Positions 17,468-28,078 of a DNA stretch of 40,597 nt are shown one piece after another. The position numbers were made by a program, and so were the translations under genes. The stretch is taken from assembly GCA_946186215.1 (NCBI GenBank), contig CAMHMM010000001.1, positions 1 to 40,597 on the forward strand, read 5' to 3'. Numbering within the stretch: position 1 is the first letter of the stretch; each line of letters opens with the position of its first letter. This stretch comes from an uncultured Ruminococcus sp. GTDB taxonomy: Bacteria > Bacillota > Clostridia > Oscillospirales > Ruminococcaceae. Below the pieces are notes generated by a model. That model made no database searches and was not told where the DNA came from. It saw nothing but the letters and a program-made list of their open reading frames with translations.

Positions 17468-20077
17468 TTACTCGTCTGTCTGGTCGTCAGCACCGTCGTC
17501 GGTGTCTTCCTCGGAGGTCTCATCCTCGGGAACGATATTTTCATCGAGGATCTCTATTTCCTCCTCCTCGCGCATCGCCTCGGAGATATCCTCCTCGCTG
17601 TCAACTACGGTGTTGTCTACCTCGGCGGTCTCAACATCCTCCTCATGTGCAGTTCTTGTGAAGGTAACAACTCTTTCATTCTCCCCTACCCTCATTATGC
17701 GCACACCGGATGAATAGCGGCTCATTACGCGGATATCGCAGGCTCGTACCCTGATTATGATACCGCCGGATGCGATCATGATAACATCATCATCCTCATC
17801 GACGATCTTTATGCCGCAGACATAACCCTTTGCCTCGGTGACACGGTAGTTTTTAAGACCGTAGCCGCCTCTGTTCTGTATGCGGTAATCCGAAAGCTCT
17901 GTCCTGCGCCCGAAGCCCTTTTCGGTAACGGTGAGAACAGTCGCGCCCTCGCGCACTCTTGCCATTGAAACGATATAGTCATTATCGCGCAGTCTCATCG
18001 CCTTGACACCGTGCGCCGTTCTGGACATAGGCCTGATGCAGTTTTCGTTTATGCGTATGATGCAGCCGAGACGGGTTGCGATCATCACCTCATCGGTGCC
18101 GTCAGTAAGCCTTACGCCCGCGATAACATCGCCGTTGTCAAGACCGATAGCGCGAAGTCCCATCTTGCGCACATTCTTGTAGGCATTGAGGGGCGTTCTC
18201 TTGATCTTGCCGTTCTTTGTTACCATGATAAGGAACTTGCCCTCATCATAATCCGAGGTGCGGATCATCGCCTCGATCTTCTCATTCTCCGAAAGCGGGA
18301 TGAGATTTATCATATTAGTGCCCTTGGACTGCTTTGAGCCCTCGGGGATCTCGTAGCATTTGAGCTTGTACATAACGCCCATATTGGAAATGAGCAGAAC
18401 ATCATCCTTTGAGGATGCAATGAACATCTCCTGTACAAAATCCTCGTCACGCTGCTTCAGGGCGCTGACACCCTTTCCGCCTCTGCGCTGAGTCTTGTAT
18501 TCGCTGACGGACTGGCGCTTGATGTAGCCTATATCGGTGAGGGTGACAACGCAGTCCTCCTCCTCGATAAGATCCTCCACATCGACCTCACCGCTTACAT
18601 TCTCGATAACGGTCTTTCTTTCGTCGCTGTATTTTCTGCTTATCTCGTCGAGATCGTTGGAGATTATCTCCAGTACGCGCTTTTCGTTTGCAAGGATATC
18701 CTTGTAGTCCTCGATCTTCTTTTTAAGCTCCTCCAGCTCGTCTAAGAGCTTCTGCATTTCCATATTGGAAAGCTGATACATCCTCATCTGGGCGATAGCC
18801 TCAGCCTGAGGCTCGGTGAGCCCGAAGCGGTCCATCAGGCGCTTTCTTATCTCTGCGATATTCGAGGAGGTGCGGCAGATCTTTACTACCTCGTCAATGT
18901 TATCCGCGGCGATTACCAGACCTTCCAGGATATGCGCCCTTGCCTCGGCCTTGTCAAGGTCGAACTGTGTGCGGCGGCGGATTACCTCTTCCTGGAACTT
19001 GATATACTCACCAAGCATCTCCTTGAGCGTGAGAAGCTTGGGCTTGTTGTTCACAAGGGCAAGCATGATAACGCCCACGGAAGACTGCAGCTCGGTGTAT
19101 TTGAAAAGCTTGTTGAGCACTACCTGCGCGATTGCATCCTTTTTGAGCTCGATCACTATGCGCACCTTGTAATCCTTGTCGGATTCGTCGCGTATAGCAT
19201 AGATGCCGTCCACACGCTTTTCCTTAACAAGCTCCGCCATTCTTTCGATAAGGCGCTTCTTGTTTACCATATACGGCAGCTCTGAAACAACTATGCAGTT
19301 TCTTCCGTGAAGCTCGCATATCTCTGTCTTGGAGCGCAGAACGATCTTGCCCTTACCGGTGCCGTATGCCGCACGGATACCGCTTCTTCCCATGATGATA
19401 CCGCCTGTGGGGAAGTCGGGGCCTTTGATGTGCTGCATCAGGTCGTCAAGAGTGCAGTCGGGGTTGTCTATAAGGCACTTTACCGCATCTACCGTCTCGG
19501 CCAGATTGTGAGGCGGGATATTCGTTGCCATGCCGACAGCGATACCGATAGAGCCGTTTACCAGCAGATTCGGAAAACGGGATGGCAGAACCACAGGCTC
19601 TTTGAGACGGTCGTCGTAGTTTGACATGAAATCGACGGTATTCTTGTTGATATCCGTCAGCATTTCAAGGGAGATCTTCTCCATGCGGGACTCTGTGTAA
19701 CGGTAAGCCGCAGGGGGATCTCCGTCTATGGAGCCGAAGTTGCCGTGGCCGTCGATAAGAGGATATCTCAGCGAGAAATCCTGCGCAAGCCTTACCATTG
19801 CATCATAAACGGATGCATCACCATGAGGGTGATACGAACCGAGCACAGAACCTACGGTATCTGCGCACTTACGGTAATCCTTGTCGGGTGTGAGCCCCTT
19901 TTCAAACATCGTGTAGAGGATACGCCTGTGAACAGGCTTCAGTCCGTCACGCACATCCGGAAGTGCTCTTGAAATAATTACCGACATGGAATATGCAAGG
20001 AAATAATCTCTCATTTCCTTTTCAATATCCTTGTTCAGTATCCTTTGATTATTTAAGCTGAAAACTTCATCTGACAT
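17468..20077 (-). CDS. gyrA: DNA gyrase subunit A
   Basis: [29 protein letters not shown], GyrA box QRRGGKG, acidic tail. Confidence 0.99.
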   Translation of the reverse strand: MSDEVFSLNNQRILNKDIEKEMRDYFLAYSMSVIISRALPDVRDGLKPVHRRILYTMFEKGLTPDKDYRKCADTVGSVLGSYHPHGDASVYDAMVRLAQDFSLRYPLIDGHGNFGSIDGDPPAAYRYTESRMEKISLEMLTDINKNTVDFMSNYDDRLKEPVVLPSRFPNLLVNGSIGIAVGMATNIPPHNLAETVDAVKCLIDNPDCTLDDLMQHIKGPDFPTGGIIMGRSGIRAAYGTGKGKIVLRSKTEICELHGRNCIVVSELPYMVNKKRLIERMAELVKEKRVDGIYAIRDESDKDYKVRIVIELKKDAIAQVVLNKLFKYTELQSSVGVIMLALVNNKPKLLTLKEMLGEYIKFQEEVIRRRTQFDLDKAEARAHILEGLVIAADNIDEVVKICRTSSNIAEIRKRLMDRFGLTEPQAEAIAQMRMYQLSNMEMQKLLDELEELKKKIEDYKDILANEKRVLEIISNDLDEISRKYSDERKTVIENVSGEVDVEDLIEEEDCVVTLTDIGYIKRQSVSEYKTQRRGGKGVSALKQRDEDFVQEMFIASSKDDVLLISNMGVMYKLKCYEIPEGSKQSKGTNMINLIPLSENEKIEAMIRTSDYDEGKFLIMVTKNGKIKRTPLNAYKNVRKMGLRAIGLDNGDVIAGVRLTDGTDEVMIATRLGCIIRINENCIRPMSRTAHGVKAMRLRDNDYIVSMARVREGATVLTVTEKGFGRRTELSDYRIQNRGGYGLKNYRVTEAKGYVCGIKIVDEDDDVIMIASGGIIIRVRACDIRVMSRYSSGVRIMRVGENERVVTFTRTAHEEDVETAEVDNTVVDSEEDISEAMREEEEIEILDENIVPEDETSEEDTDDGADDQTDE

Positions 20078-20111
20078 TTTTTAGATTCCTTTTTCGGGAA
20101 AGCTCCCGTAA

Positions 20112-20127
20112 TGTTCCACATGGAACA
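20112..20127. promoter_or_regulatory. parS site 4
   Basis: TGTTCCACATGGAACA just upstream of gyrA. Confidence 0.88.
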
Positions 20128-20151
20128 TTTATTCAGTATTATAATTCAGTA

Positions 20152-20487
20152 TTATAAGAAAATATTGATAAAACCGGTAATATCGAAGATCTCTTCTACC
20201 GCCTCTGAAACATTGATAAACTTCACGCTGTTGTGCGTCTTGTATATCTTCATGAAAACTCTCAGACCTGCACTGGAAATATACTTTGTTTCAGTGCTGT
20301 CGAAAACTATGTTATCACACTTGCTTTCCTTGATGCACTTTTCTATATCCTTGAGTATCGCATCCGCATTGGCGGATTCTATCCTTTCGGGAAGGATGAT
20401 GGTCACAACGCCGTTGTATGCCTTGTAGACCATGTTGTGTGTTTCATCTCCGAAAATATCGCTGATGATCTTTTCTTCGTTATCCAT
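20152..20487 (-). CDS. STAS-domain anti-sigma factor antagonist
   Basis: YISSAGLRVF and VEEIFDITGF motifs; SD GAGGT. Confidence 0.88.
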   Translation of the reverse strand: MDNEEKIISDIFGDETHNMVYKAYNGVVTIILPERIESANADAILKDIEKCIKESKCDNIVFDSTETKYISSAGLRVFMKIYKTHNSVKFINVSEAVEEIFDITGFINIFL

Positions 20488-20520
20488 ATCATTACCTCAC
20501 TTGTCTTTCACCGGGAACGG

Positions 20521-21195
20521 TCATATCACAATGAATTTCGTTCCCAGATGAACGGGGTATTTTTCGGCTATCCTTGCGTTTTCCTCGTCCGAAAATGCGC
20601 TTCTCGGGATAACATATATGTTTCTTCCCTTTATGTATGCGATGTACTGATCCTCTGTGCAGAGAACATCCACCACACCCTCGGTAAGCTTTATTATCGT
20701 CGCGGGAGGAAGGTCATCTGTGCTGTCTTTTTCTTCACTGCTTTCTTCTTTTTCCTCTTCTCCGCTCTGTGCATTTTCGTCTGATTCTGCTTTATCCTCA
20801 TCCTCATTTTTAATATCATTCTGAGGATCATACACAGTGGTAACTATTATCTTGTCCGTGAACATTTCCGCTCTGTATATTATCCCGTCCAGATCCTTTA
20901 TAGCCTCTGCAAGCTTGTTGTAGGTAAGTCTGGGCTTCTGGAGTATAAACAGCCCCACTGCAAGGAGTACCAGCAGGAGTATTATATTAACGCTCTGCAC
21001 GCCCGATACGGCGATATTTGCAAACTGTATCACCGCCGCTATCGCAAGCAGCGTTATCTGTATCGCCACATTCTTGAAAACATACCGTCTCTGAAAGGTC
21101 TTGAAACCCTTCATTATCTCGTCGGACTTGCTTTCATACTCTCCGCTGGCAAGCAGCTCTCCGTCACGGAAGCTCTCTGTTCTCTCGTCTATCAA
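20521..21195 (-). CDS. YcxB-like two-TM protein with acidic insertion
   Basis: Two TM helices, C-terminal IYVIPRSAF motif; TTGA overlap with the upstream gene. Confidence 0.7.
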   Translation of the reverse strand: MIDERTESFRDGELLASGEYESKSDEIMKGFKTFQRRYVFKNVAIQITLLAIAAVIQFANIAVSGVQSVNIILLLVLLAVGLFILQKPRLTYNKLAEAIKDLDGIIYRAEMFTDKIIVTTVYDPQNDIKNEDEDKAESDENAQSGEEEKEESSEEKDSTDDLPPATIIKLTEGVVDVLCTEDQYIAYIKGRNIYVIPRSAFSDEENARIAEKYPVHLGTKFIVI

Positions 21196-21407
21196 AGGTT
21201 CTCGTCCTCAGGCTCTTCCTCATAGGAATCAAGAAATTCAAGATCCTCTTCGTCAAGATCCTCGTTCATGCTGTCGTAATCTTCATAATCAAATTCCTTC
21301 TTGCCGAGGAGCCTCTTTGTTTTAAGGCTGTCGATAAAAAGAACCAGTGCTGCTGCTGCTGTAGCTGCTGTGATTATAACTGCCAGGATTTTAAAAAAAT
21401 TGCTCAT
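21192..21407 (-). CDS. Small single-TM protein with acidic tail
   Basis: 71 aa, SD GGAGGT, hydrophobic N-terminus then D/E-rich. Confidence 0.8.
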   Translation of the reverse strand: MSNFFKILAVIITAATAAAALVLFIDSLKTKRLLGKKEFDYEDYDSMNEDLDEEDLEFLDSYEEEPEDENL

Positions 21408-21451
21408 ATTAACCTCCGGTTTATTGGTTTATTATAATAGCTTATAAGATA

Positions 21452-21792
21452 ACCGTACTCTATTTTGCGGATAATTTTCAATAGTAGCTCGGTTCGGTAG
21501 TGAACCCCACCACCACCGCCTTAAGGCGGCGGTCCCCCTCCCCTTTCAGGGGAGGCAAGGCATCTTTGTGTGGTCACTCTTCAAACAAAGATTTAAATAA
21601 ATAAAAGTTCCGAGCCGCAAACAGGCATTACATTTCAAATGAGAGTACGGGTGGGTGCAGGCTCTGCCTTCCAATCACTCTATGTGGAAATGGAAGTTCC
21701 GGGCTTCAAATGTGAGTTACCCACAAATGAAAGCGCGGGCAGCTGTCGGCATTGCCGACCGGGAGAGTGCAAGCTCTGCCTGCCTTGCCGGC
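21452..21792. repeat. Composite repeat cluster after the gyrB stop (family 1 in both orientations plus a family-2 copy)
   Basis: Linkers at 21602-21650 and 21690-21738, hairpins GGGTGCAGGCTCTGCC and GTCGGCATTGCCGAC, degenerate inverted linker 21452-21496, family 2 at 21503-21557. Confidence 0.88.
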
Positions 21793-23784
21793 TTAGAAGT
21801 CCAGATTCTGAACATATCCCGCATTTTTCTCTATGAAATCCTTGCGGGGCTCTACCTTATCACCCATAAGTATGGTGAATATCTCATCTGCCTTTGCCGC
21901 ATCCTCAATATTGACCTTGAGCATGGTTCTTGTTTCGGGATTGAGGGTGGTCTCCCAGAGCTGCTCGGGATCCATTTCACCAAGACCTTTGTATCTCTGG
22001 ATATTTACCGTTCCGTCGCCCTCTTCATTGAACTGTGCCACATACATATCTCTTTCCTCATCGGAAAATGCGTATTTGACAGTTTCTTTCTTTCCCTTGC
22101 GCTTTGCCACCTTGAAAAGCGGGGGCTGTGCGATGTATATGCGCCCTGCGTTGATAAGCTCGCGCATATATCTGAAAAAGAATGTGAGCATCAGTGTACG
22201 GATGTGGAAGCCGTCCACATCGGCATCGGACATTATAACTATCTTGCCGTAGCGCAGCTTTTCGATATTGAAATCCTCACCGATGGATGTACCCAGCGCC
22301 GCAACGACGGGCATCAGCTTTTCATTTGAATATACCTTGTCAATACGCGCCTTTTCAACATTGAGCATCTTTCCCCACAGAGGGAGCACTGCCTGATAGC
22401 GTGCATTTCTTCCGCCCTTTGCTGTGCCTCCCGCGGAATCACCCTCGACGATGTAGAGCTCTGTCAGCTCCGTATCCCTGTCGTAGCAGTCAAAGAGCTT
22501 GCCGGGGAGAGATGTGCTGTCCATCGCGGACTTGCGCCTTGCAGTCTCACGCGCCTTTTTTGCAGCCTCTCTTGCCTTCTGTGCGTTCTGAGTCTTTTCA
22601 AGTATTGCCCTTGATATTGCGGGATTTTCTTCAAGGAAATTCATCAGTTTGTCATAGACCATATTTTCCACAAGGGGACGCGCCTCGGGATTGCCGAGCC
22701 TTCCCTTTGTCTGCCCCTCAAACTCGCAGTTTGTGAGTTTTACAGAGATTATGGCCGTGATGCCCTCGCGGACATCGTCGCCGATGAGCTTTTCCTGATT
22801 ATCCTTTATCAGGTTGAACTTCTTGCCGTATTCGTTTATTACCTTTGTAAGAGCATTCCTGAAACCTGTTTCATGCGAACCGCCGTCGGTGGTGTGGATA
22901 TTGTTTGCAAAGCTGCGGACATCCTCGTTATAGGAATCGTTCCACATGAGCGCCACTTCTGCGGTCATATCATCCTTAACGCCGGAAAGATAGATCACCT
23001 TGTCGGAAAGGGGCTCATAGCCCTTTACCTTGTGGATATGCTCTACAAACTGCCTGATACCGCCCTCATAATGGAGCGTTTCGGACTGTATATTATCCTT
23101 GTCGCGCAGGTCGGAGAAAACTATCTTCACTCCCGCATTGAGGAATGCCTGCTCGCGCAGACGCTTGAGCAGCGTTTCATAGTCATACACCGTGGTCTCC
23201 GTGAATATCAGAGGATCGGCTTTGAATTTTACATTCGTGCCTGTTTCGGTGGTGTCGCCTATTATCTTCATCTGCTCGTCATAGTGGCCGCCGTTATTGA
23301 ACTTCTGATAATGGATATGCTCGCCGTCCTTTACGGTAAGCTCCAGCCATTCAGAAAGAGCATTAACGACCGATGCACCAACGCCGTGAAGACCGCCTGC
23401 TACCTTGTAGCCGCCGCCGCCGAACTTTCCTCCTGCGTGAAGGATGGTATAAACTACCGTTGCAGCGGATATGCCCTCCTTCGGGTGTATACCCGTAGGG
23501 ATACCGCGCCCGTTGTCGTCTACCTCGATCACATCCCCGGGGAGGATATTTACCCTTATCTCGGAGCAGAAGCCCGCCAGCGCTTCATCAATGGCATTAT
23601 CGACGATCTCATAAACAAGGTGGTGAAGACCTCTCGGCCCTGTCGAGCCGATATACATACCCGGCCTTTTCCTGACAGGCTCCAGTCCCTCGAGAACCTG
23701 TATCTGGTTTTCGTCGTAATCCTCATCCGGAGCGATAACGCCCGCTATTTCTTCATTGTTCATATACTCGTTTTCTGCACTCAT
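21793..23784 (-). CDS. gyrB: DNA gyrase subunit B
   Basis: VRKRPGMYIG, DNGRGIP, LHAGGKF, VEGDSAGG, DADVDG, RYKGLGEM. Confidence 0.99.
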   Translation of the reverse strand: MSAENEYMNNEEIAGVIAPDEDYDENQIQVLEGLEPVRKRPGMYIGSTGPRGLHHLVYEIVDNAIDEALAGFCSEIRVNILPGDVIEVDDNGRGIPTGIHPKEGISAATVVYTILHAGGKFGGGGYKVAGGLHGVGASVVNALSEWLELTVKDGEHIHYQKFNNGGHYDEQMKIIGDTTETGTNVKFKADPLIFTETTVYDYETLLKRLREQAFLNAGVKIVFSDLRDKDNIQSETLHYEGGIRQFVEHIHKVKGYEPLSDKVIYLSGVKDDMTAEVALMWNDSYNEDVRSFANNIHTTDGGSHETGFRNALTKVINEYGKKFNLIKDNQEKLIGDDVREGITAIISVKLTNCEFEGQTKGRLGNPEARPLVENMVYDKLMNFLEENPAISRAILEKTQNAQKAREAAKKARETARRKSAMDSTSLPGKLFDCYDRDTELTELYIVEGDSAGGTAKGGRNARYQAVLPLWGKMLNVEKARIDKVYSNEKLMPVVAALGTSIGEDFNIEKLRYGKIVIMSDADVDGFHIRTLMLTFFFRYMRELINAGRIYIAQPPLFKVAKRKGKKETVKYAFSDEERDMYVAQFNEEGDGTVNIQRYKGLGEMDPEQLWETTLNPETRTMLKVNIEDAAKADEIFTILMGDKVEPRKDFIEKNAGYVQNLDF

Positions 23785-24530
23785 TTTATAGTTTCCTGCT
23801 CCATATCATAATTATCATCTTTAAGAACGCTTACAATAGTTCCCGTGCTGTCATATATCTTATCATACCTTGCTGCCGCGGGATCATCCGCACCGACAAC
23901 AAGATAATCACATTCATCGCTGGTGCCGCAGGTACCCTTTCTGATAAGTACACCGCCTATCTGCTCTATACCGTAATAGTCGCAGTTGCACAAAAACGGC
24001 AGCGTATCCATATATCTGTTTGCCTTTGCAAATTCCGCAACGGGGCACTGAATGAATTTATACCTGCTTGCGCGTATATTTCCTTCATCATCGCGAACAG
24101 GCTTTCCTCTGCGGGTAATAAAGCAGGTATCAAAGCTCTGTTCGTGCTTTTTATCCTGCACGCTCACCCTTTTGAACACACTGTCTATTATCTTCATATC
24201 CCTGTGCCGTCTGAGATCCATTATCTTCCCGATCTTTTCAAACGCGCTCATGAAGGTCGATCTCGTAAAAAGCTGGAATTCATCCCTGTCGGGCATTTCT
24301 CCCGTGACCTTCACTATGCCGTCACGCAGTGCGAACACCCAAATACCGCCGTATATGCTCGCATTGTGTGGGATATTCCTCCCGCCGTATTCGGGAGCCT
24401 TTTTCAACAGCTCACGATACCCTTCGTAGGTACTCTGCATTATCTCCCTGCCCTGTTCGGGATACATTGAAAACACCCATTTTATCGTGCTTTTTCTGAC
24501 AAAATCCGGTGGAGCAACATACTTTTTCAT
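23781..24530 (-). CDS. L-2-amino-thiazoline-4-carboxylic acid hydrolase-like (ATC_hydrolase) protein
   Basis: C-terminal CPVAEFAK...LCNCDY...LIRKGTC...CDY cysteine pattern; ATGA overlaps on both sides. Confidence 0.75.
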   Translation of the reverse strand: MKKYVAPPDFVRKSTIKWVFSMYPEQGREIMQSTYEGYRELLKKAPEYGGRNIPHNASIYGGIWVFALRDGIVKVTGEMPDRDEFQLFTRSTFMSAFEKIGKIMDLRRHRDMKIIDSVFKRVSVQDKKHEQSFDTCFITRRGKPVRDDEGNIRASRYKFIQCPVAEFAKANRYMDTLPFLCNCDYYGIEQIGGVLIRKGTCGTSDECDYLVVGADDPAAARYDKIYDSTGTIVSVLKDDNYDMEQETIK

Positions 24531-24793
24531 CTTTTGGCCTTTCCCGACTTTCCCGCCCTGCAGGATATTGTCCTGTGGCTCACATTGGTTATATATACCT
24601 TTTCCATGCCCGATCCGTCAACTGCAACTATATATGACTTTGTCATATCAAAGCTGACATACACGGCATTCTTTCTCCGTCCCGCTGCTGCGAGATATTC
24701 TCTCGTATCATCGGCAACGGATGTTTCTATATCAAATATCCCTATTATGTCCCTGTCAAGCAGAGAACGATCATTCCCTATATGTATATACAT
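24527..24793 (-). CDS. remB: RemB/DUF370 (YaaB-like) protein
   Basis: MYIHIG...DIIGIFD...KSYIV...VYIT; expected position between recF and gyrB. Confidence 0.88.
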   Translation of the reverse strand: MYIHIGNDRSLLDRDIIGIFDIETSVADDTREYLAAAGRRKNAVYVSFDMTKSYIVAVDGSGMEKVYITNVSHRTISCRAGKSGKAKR

Positions 24794-24825
24794 TCAAAAA
24801 TCACATAAATTTAATAAAAACCGAC

Positions 24826-24868
24826 TTTTTAACAGAGTTTTCAACAAAATTTTCATTTTTGTTGAAAT
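24826..24868. promoter_or_regulatory. Satellite cluster of DnaA-box-like 9-mers between recF and remB
   Basis: TTTTTAACA 24826-24834, TTTTCAACA 24838-24846, TGTTGAAAT 24860-24868. Confidence 0.65.
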
Positions 24869-26007
24869 CAACCTATTCTTATCTCCTCTAACCGTCCCGA
24901 CCTTATGCCGAAAACTCCTATTTCCGAAGATCTCCGTTCCCTGCGCATCACTGCATCATCACAGGCGGTTATGAACACCTGCATACCGTGTGCATTGTCA
25001 AGAACGAAGGACTGCCTTGAGGGATCAAGCTCGCTTAGCACATCATCAAGGAGCATCACGGGAGCTTCTCCTGACTGCTCTGCGACCAGCCTTGCCTGTG
25101 CGGTCTTGAGCACTATCGCCGCTGACCTCTGCTGCCCCTGTGAGCCGAACTCACGGACGGGAAGACCGTTTATGAATATTCCCAGATCATCCCTGTGAAC
25201 TCCGGTGAGCGTGTAACCTGCGCGGATATCATCCTGCAGACACTCACTGAGGCGTTTAAAATATATATCCTTTAACTCCCCCGCATAGTCCGAACTTCCT
25301 TCAAGCTCTCTGTAAACCCCCGACTGATACGAAAGAGTAAGGCTCTCATTGCCTCTGGTAAGCTCCGAATACAGCATCGAGGCATATTCTGAAAGATTTC
25401 TTATATATGTGTCCCTCACGACCGAGATATACGCGCCAGCAGCAGCAAGCTGCTCGTCCCATATCTCCACCTGGGAGACATCACCCCTGCCCATCGATAT
25501 CTCCTTGATAAGTGCATTTCTCTGGGAGAGGACATTTTCGTATTTATTGAGCGCCCACACAAATGAATGCTTTATCTGCGAAGCTGAAAGATCCACAAAT
25601 GACCGCCGCTTCTCGGGAGCGCCCTTTGCTATTGAAAGATCCTCGGGTGTGAACACCACACAGGAGAGCACACCGAACAGCCTTGAAAGCAGCGGGACGG
25701 GAACGCCGTTGAGGGTGATATTCTTTTCCCTGATATTTCCTCTTCTTACAGAAAAGCTGATATTCTGCCCGCGCACATTATCGGAAAAATCCACCGAAAT
25801 ATCTGATTTTTCCTTTTCAAAACCGATAAAATCCTTATCTCTGGTGCCTCTGAATGAACGGCAGCCTGTACACAGCCACACAGCCTCGATAAGATTTGTC
25901 TTTCCCTGTGCATTATCCCCGAGGATAAGATTTACCTCGGGACACGGAGAAATATCCACATCGGAAAGGTTCTTGTAGCCGTCTGCCCTTATCCTGTCTA
26001 TCCTCAC
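24868..26007 (-). CDS. recF: DNA replication/repair protein RecF
   Basis: [29 protein letters not shown]. Confidence 0.98.
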   Translation of the reverse strand: MRIDRIRADGYKNLSDVDISPCPEVNLILGDNAQGKTNLIEAVWLCTGCRSFRGTRDKDFIGFEKEKSDISVDFSDNVRGQNISFSVRRGNIREKNITLNGVPVPLLSRLFGVLSCVVFTPEDLSIAKGAPEKRRSFVDLSASQIKHSFVWALNKYENVLSQRNALIKEISMGRGDVSQVEIWDEQLAAAGAYISVVRDTYIRNLSEYASMLYSELTRGNESLTLSYQSGVYRELEGSSDYAGELKDIYFKRLSECLQDDIRAGYTLTGVHRDDLGIFINGLPVREFGSQGQQRSAAIVLKTAQARLVAEQSGEAPVMLLDDVLSELDPSRQSFVLDNAHGMQVFITACDDAVMRRERRSSEIGVFGIRSGRLEEIRIG

Positions 26008-26279
26008 TTATCTGCCGCTTCTCCTGCGGGGATGGGGTAACCCTCCCTGTATTCAAGGCTTATCTCTGCGGTGTCATCCTCAAAGATCACCCTGACGGTA
26101 TTTCCCGGGCGGAGCTTTTTCCCTCTCATGGTGCATACTTCTCCGTCTACCTCACAGATACCGGCCTGTACCATTTCCTTGGCCTCTCCGCCTGTATCGG
26201 CGATACCGGAGAATTTGAGAAGATCTCCCAGTCTGATAAATTCGGTTTTTATCTGTACTGTTTTCTGCATTTCGATCAC
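26004..26279 (-). CDS. yaaA: S4-domain RNA-binding protein YaaA
   Basis: [24 protein letters not shown]; between dnaN and recF; start may be 26270. Confidence 0.92.
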   Translation of the reverse strand: MIEMQKTVQIKTEFIRLGDLLKFSGIADTGGEAKEMVQAGICEVDGEVCTMRGKKLRPGNTVRVIFEDDTAEISLEYREGYPIPAGEAADK

Positions 26280-26309
26280 TCATCCGATCATGAATGCGGC
26301 ATCTGCCGT

Positions 26310-27410
26310 TTATTTGAGCCTTACGGGAAGAACGAGGAATGTAAAATCATCCCCGTCAAAGGGTACTACCGTCATAGGCGAAAGGGAATTACCCAGCTTC
26401 AGGCGTATCTTGTCGCAGCCTGCAGCCCTGAGGGCATCGAGGAAGTAGCGGCAGTTAAAACCTATCTCAACGCTGTCACCTGTCATATCGGTAAATATCA
26501 TATCCTGGAAATTACCCAGTGCTGTGGAGCAGGAAACGGAAAGTGAGCCGTCATGGAAATTGCATCTTACCGCTGCCTTTGTATGCTCTACTATCATGAG
26601 CATACTTCTTTCGAGCATATCTATAAGGCTCTTTGTTTCAACAACTACCTCTGTGCCGAATTTCTTGGGAACAGAGCCCTGATATTTATGGAATTCTCCT
26701 TCAAGGAGCCTTGAAACTATCGTGTAGCTGCCTATATCGAATGCGACATGCTTTTTGGTAACATATACCGTTACCTTCTTCTCACCGTCATCAGAAAGCA
26801 TCTTTGAAAGCTCATTGAGTGCCTTTGCCTTGACAACGAAATTGAATCTGTCCTCGGTATTGATGCTCTCATGCCTGATCGCCAGTCTGAACCCGTCTAT
26901 CGCCACGAGATTGAACATACCGTTTTCGATATCGAAGAGCTCACCCTTGAGTATGGGCTTGCTGTCGCTGGTAGCAACGGCATATATGGTCTGCTCTATC
27001 ATATTCTTGAGCACGGGCTGTTCAAACTCAAAGAAATCCGTCTTGTCAACATCGGGGAGCTCAGGGTAATCATCCGCAGAAAGTGCGGGGATAGTGAACA
27101 CCGACTTGCCTGATGTGATGACAGTGCGGAGATTTTCGTCTATCTCAACAGTCACCCTTTCCTCGGGAAGCTTTCTTACGATATCGGAAAAATGCCTTGC
27201 GTTGAGGAGGATTATCCCGTGGTCGGTGCTTTCCACCTCAATGGATGTGATTATCGCAAGCTCCATATCATAGCCCGTAAGAGTGAGCTTCTTTGCGTCA
27301 AGATAAAACTGCACGCATTCGAGATACTGCATGGGTGATTTGGGAGGAACTGCTCTTATTACATTGTTCAGTGCATCCGTTAGCTCTTTTTTACTGCATG
27401 AGAATTTCAT
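26310..27410 (-). CDS. dnaN: DNA polymerase III beta clamp
   Basis: Starts MKFSCSKKEL (27410); AIDGFRLA, SRLLEGEF, IGFN, C-terminal LVLPVR. Confidence 0.98.
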   Translation of the reverse strand: MKFSCSKKELTDALNNVIRAVPPKSPMQYLECVQFYLDAKKLTLTGYDMELAIITSIEVESTDHGIILLNARHFSDIVRKLPEERVTVEIDENLRTVITSGKSVFTIPALSADDYPELPDVDKTDFFEFEQPVLKNMIEQTIYAVATSDSKPILKGELFDIENGMFNLVAIDGFRLAIRHESINTEDRFNFVVKAKALNELSKMLSDDGEKKVTVYVTKKHVAFDIGSYTIVSRLLEGEFHKYQGSVPKKFGTEVVVETKSLIDMLERSMLMIVEHTKAAVRCNFHDGSLSVSCSTALGNFQDMIFTDMTGDSVEIGFNCRYFLDALRAAGCDKIRLKLGNSLSPMTVVPFDGDDFTFLVLPVRLK

Positions 27411-27479
27411 CGTTATACCTTTCTTCTCTTTATTTAAAATGATATCTTTGATTATGCATTTATAACATTCATACACCTG

Positions 27480-28078
27480 AATGTTGAAAACTTTCTCTCA
27501 CAGGAAATTTGATCCCGTATTTCTATGTATATATATATTATATGTTTTAGTATCTGTAGTAGTAGTGTTGAAACTGTTTAAAACACAGCATATCCCGTGT
27601 CACAGACATTTTCTCCCTGAAATTTTCAACCTTGCCTGTTTTGAAAAAAATCTCAAAAGTTTAAAACCCTAAAGGTCTGTTGAAAGACACTGAAAAACAG
27701 GTGTTGAAAGTTGAAAACCGGTCGAAAGTTATGTTTAAAAATCGGCACTTTCGGAAAGCCTGACGGTTTTTATCAAAAAGATGTTGAAAAGAGCTTATTT
27801 TCAACAGAGTTTTCAACAATCGTGTCGAAAACTCAGGATTTTCCGGAGGCTGAAAATCCCGAAAAATGTCAAAAAGTAACCGTTTGTTACCACTTTGTAA
27901 TAAAATCCCTTTAAACCGAGTTTTCAACATTTTGTTGAAAAAGATATTGAAAAGCATAAAAAAACAGCTCTTTTTTAAAAATCCGGAAATGTAGGAATGC
28001 ACATCCCGAAAACAATATCAACAGCATATGTTTGTGATATTTTACTTTAAACAGGATCTGTTGAAAAGTTTTCAACAG
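27480..28078. other. Predicted oriC: TTTTCAACA-type box array, DnaA-trios and AT-rich unwinding element
   Basis: Exact TTTTCAACA/TGTTGAAAA at 27482, 27782, 27798, 27810, 27921, 27933, 28059, 28069 plus several one-mismatch copies; minus strand near 27583-27523 reads TTTTAAACA-GTTTCAACA-CTACTACTAC-AGATACTAAAACATATAATATATATATA. Confidence 0.9.
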
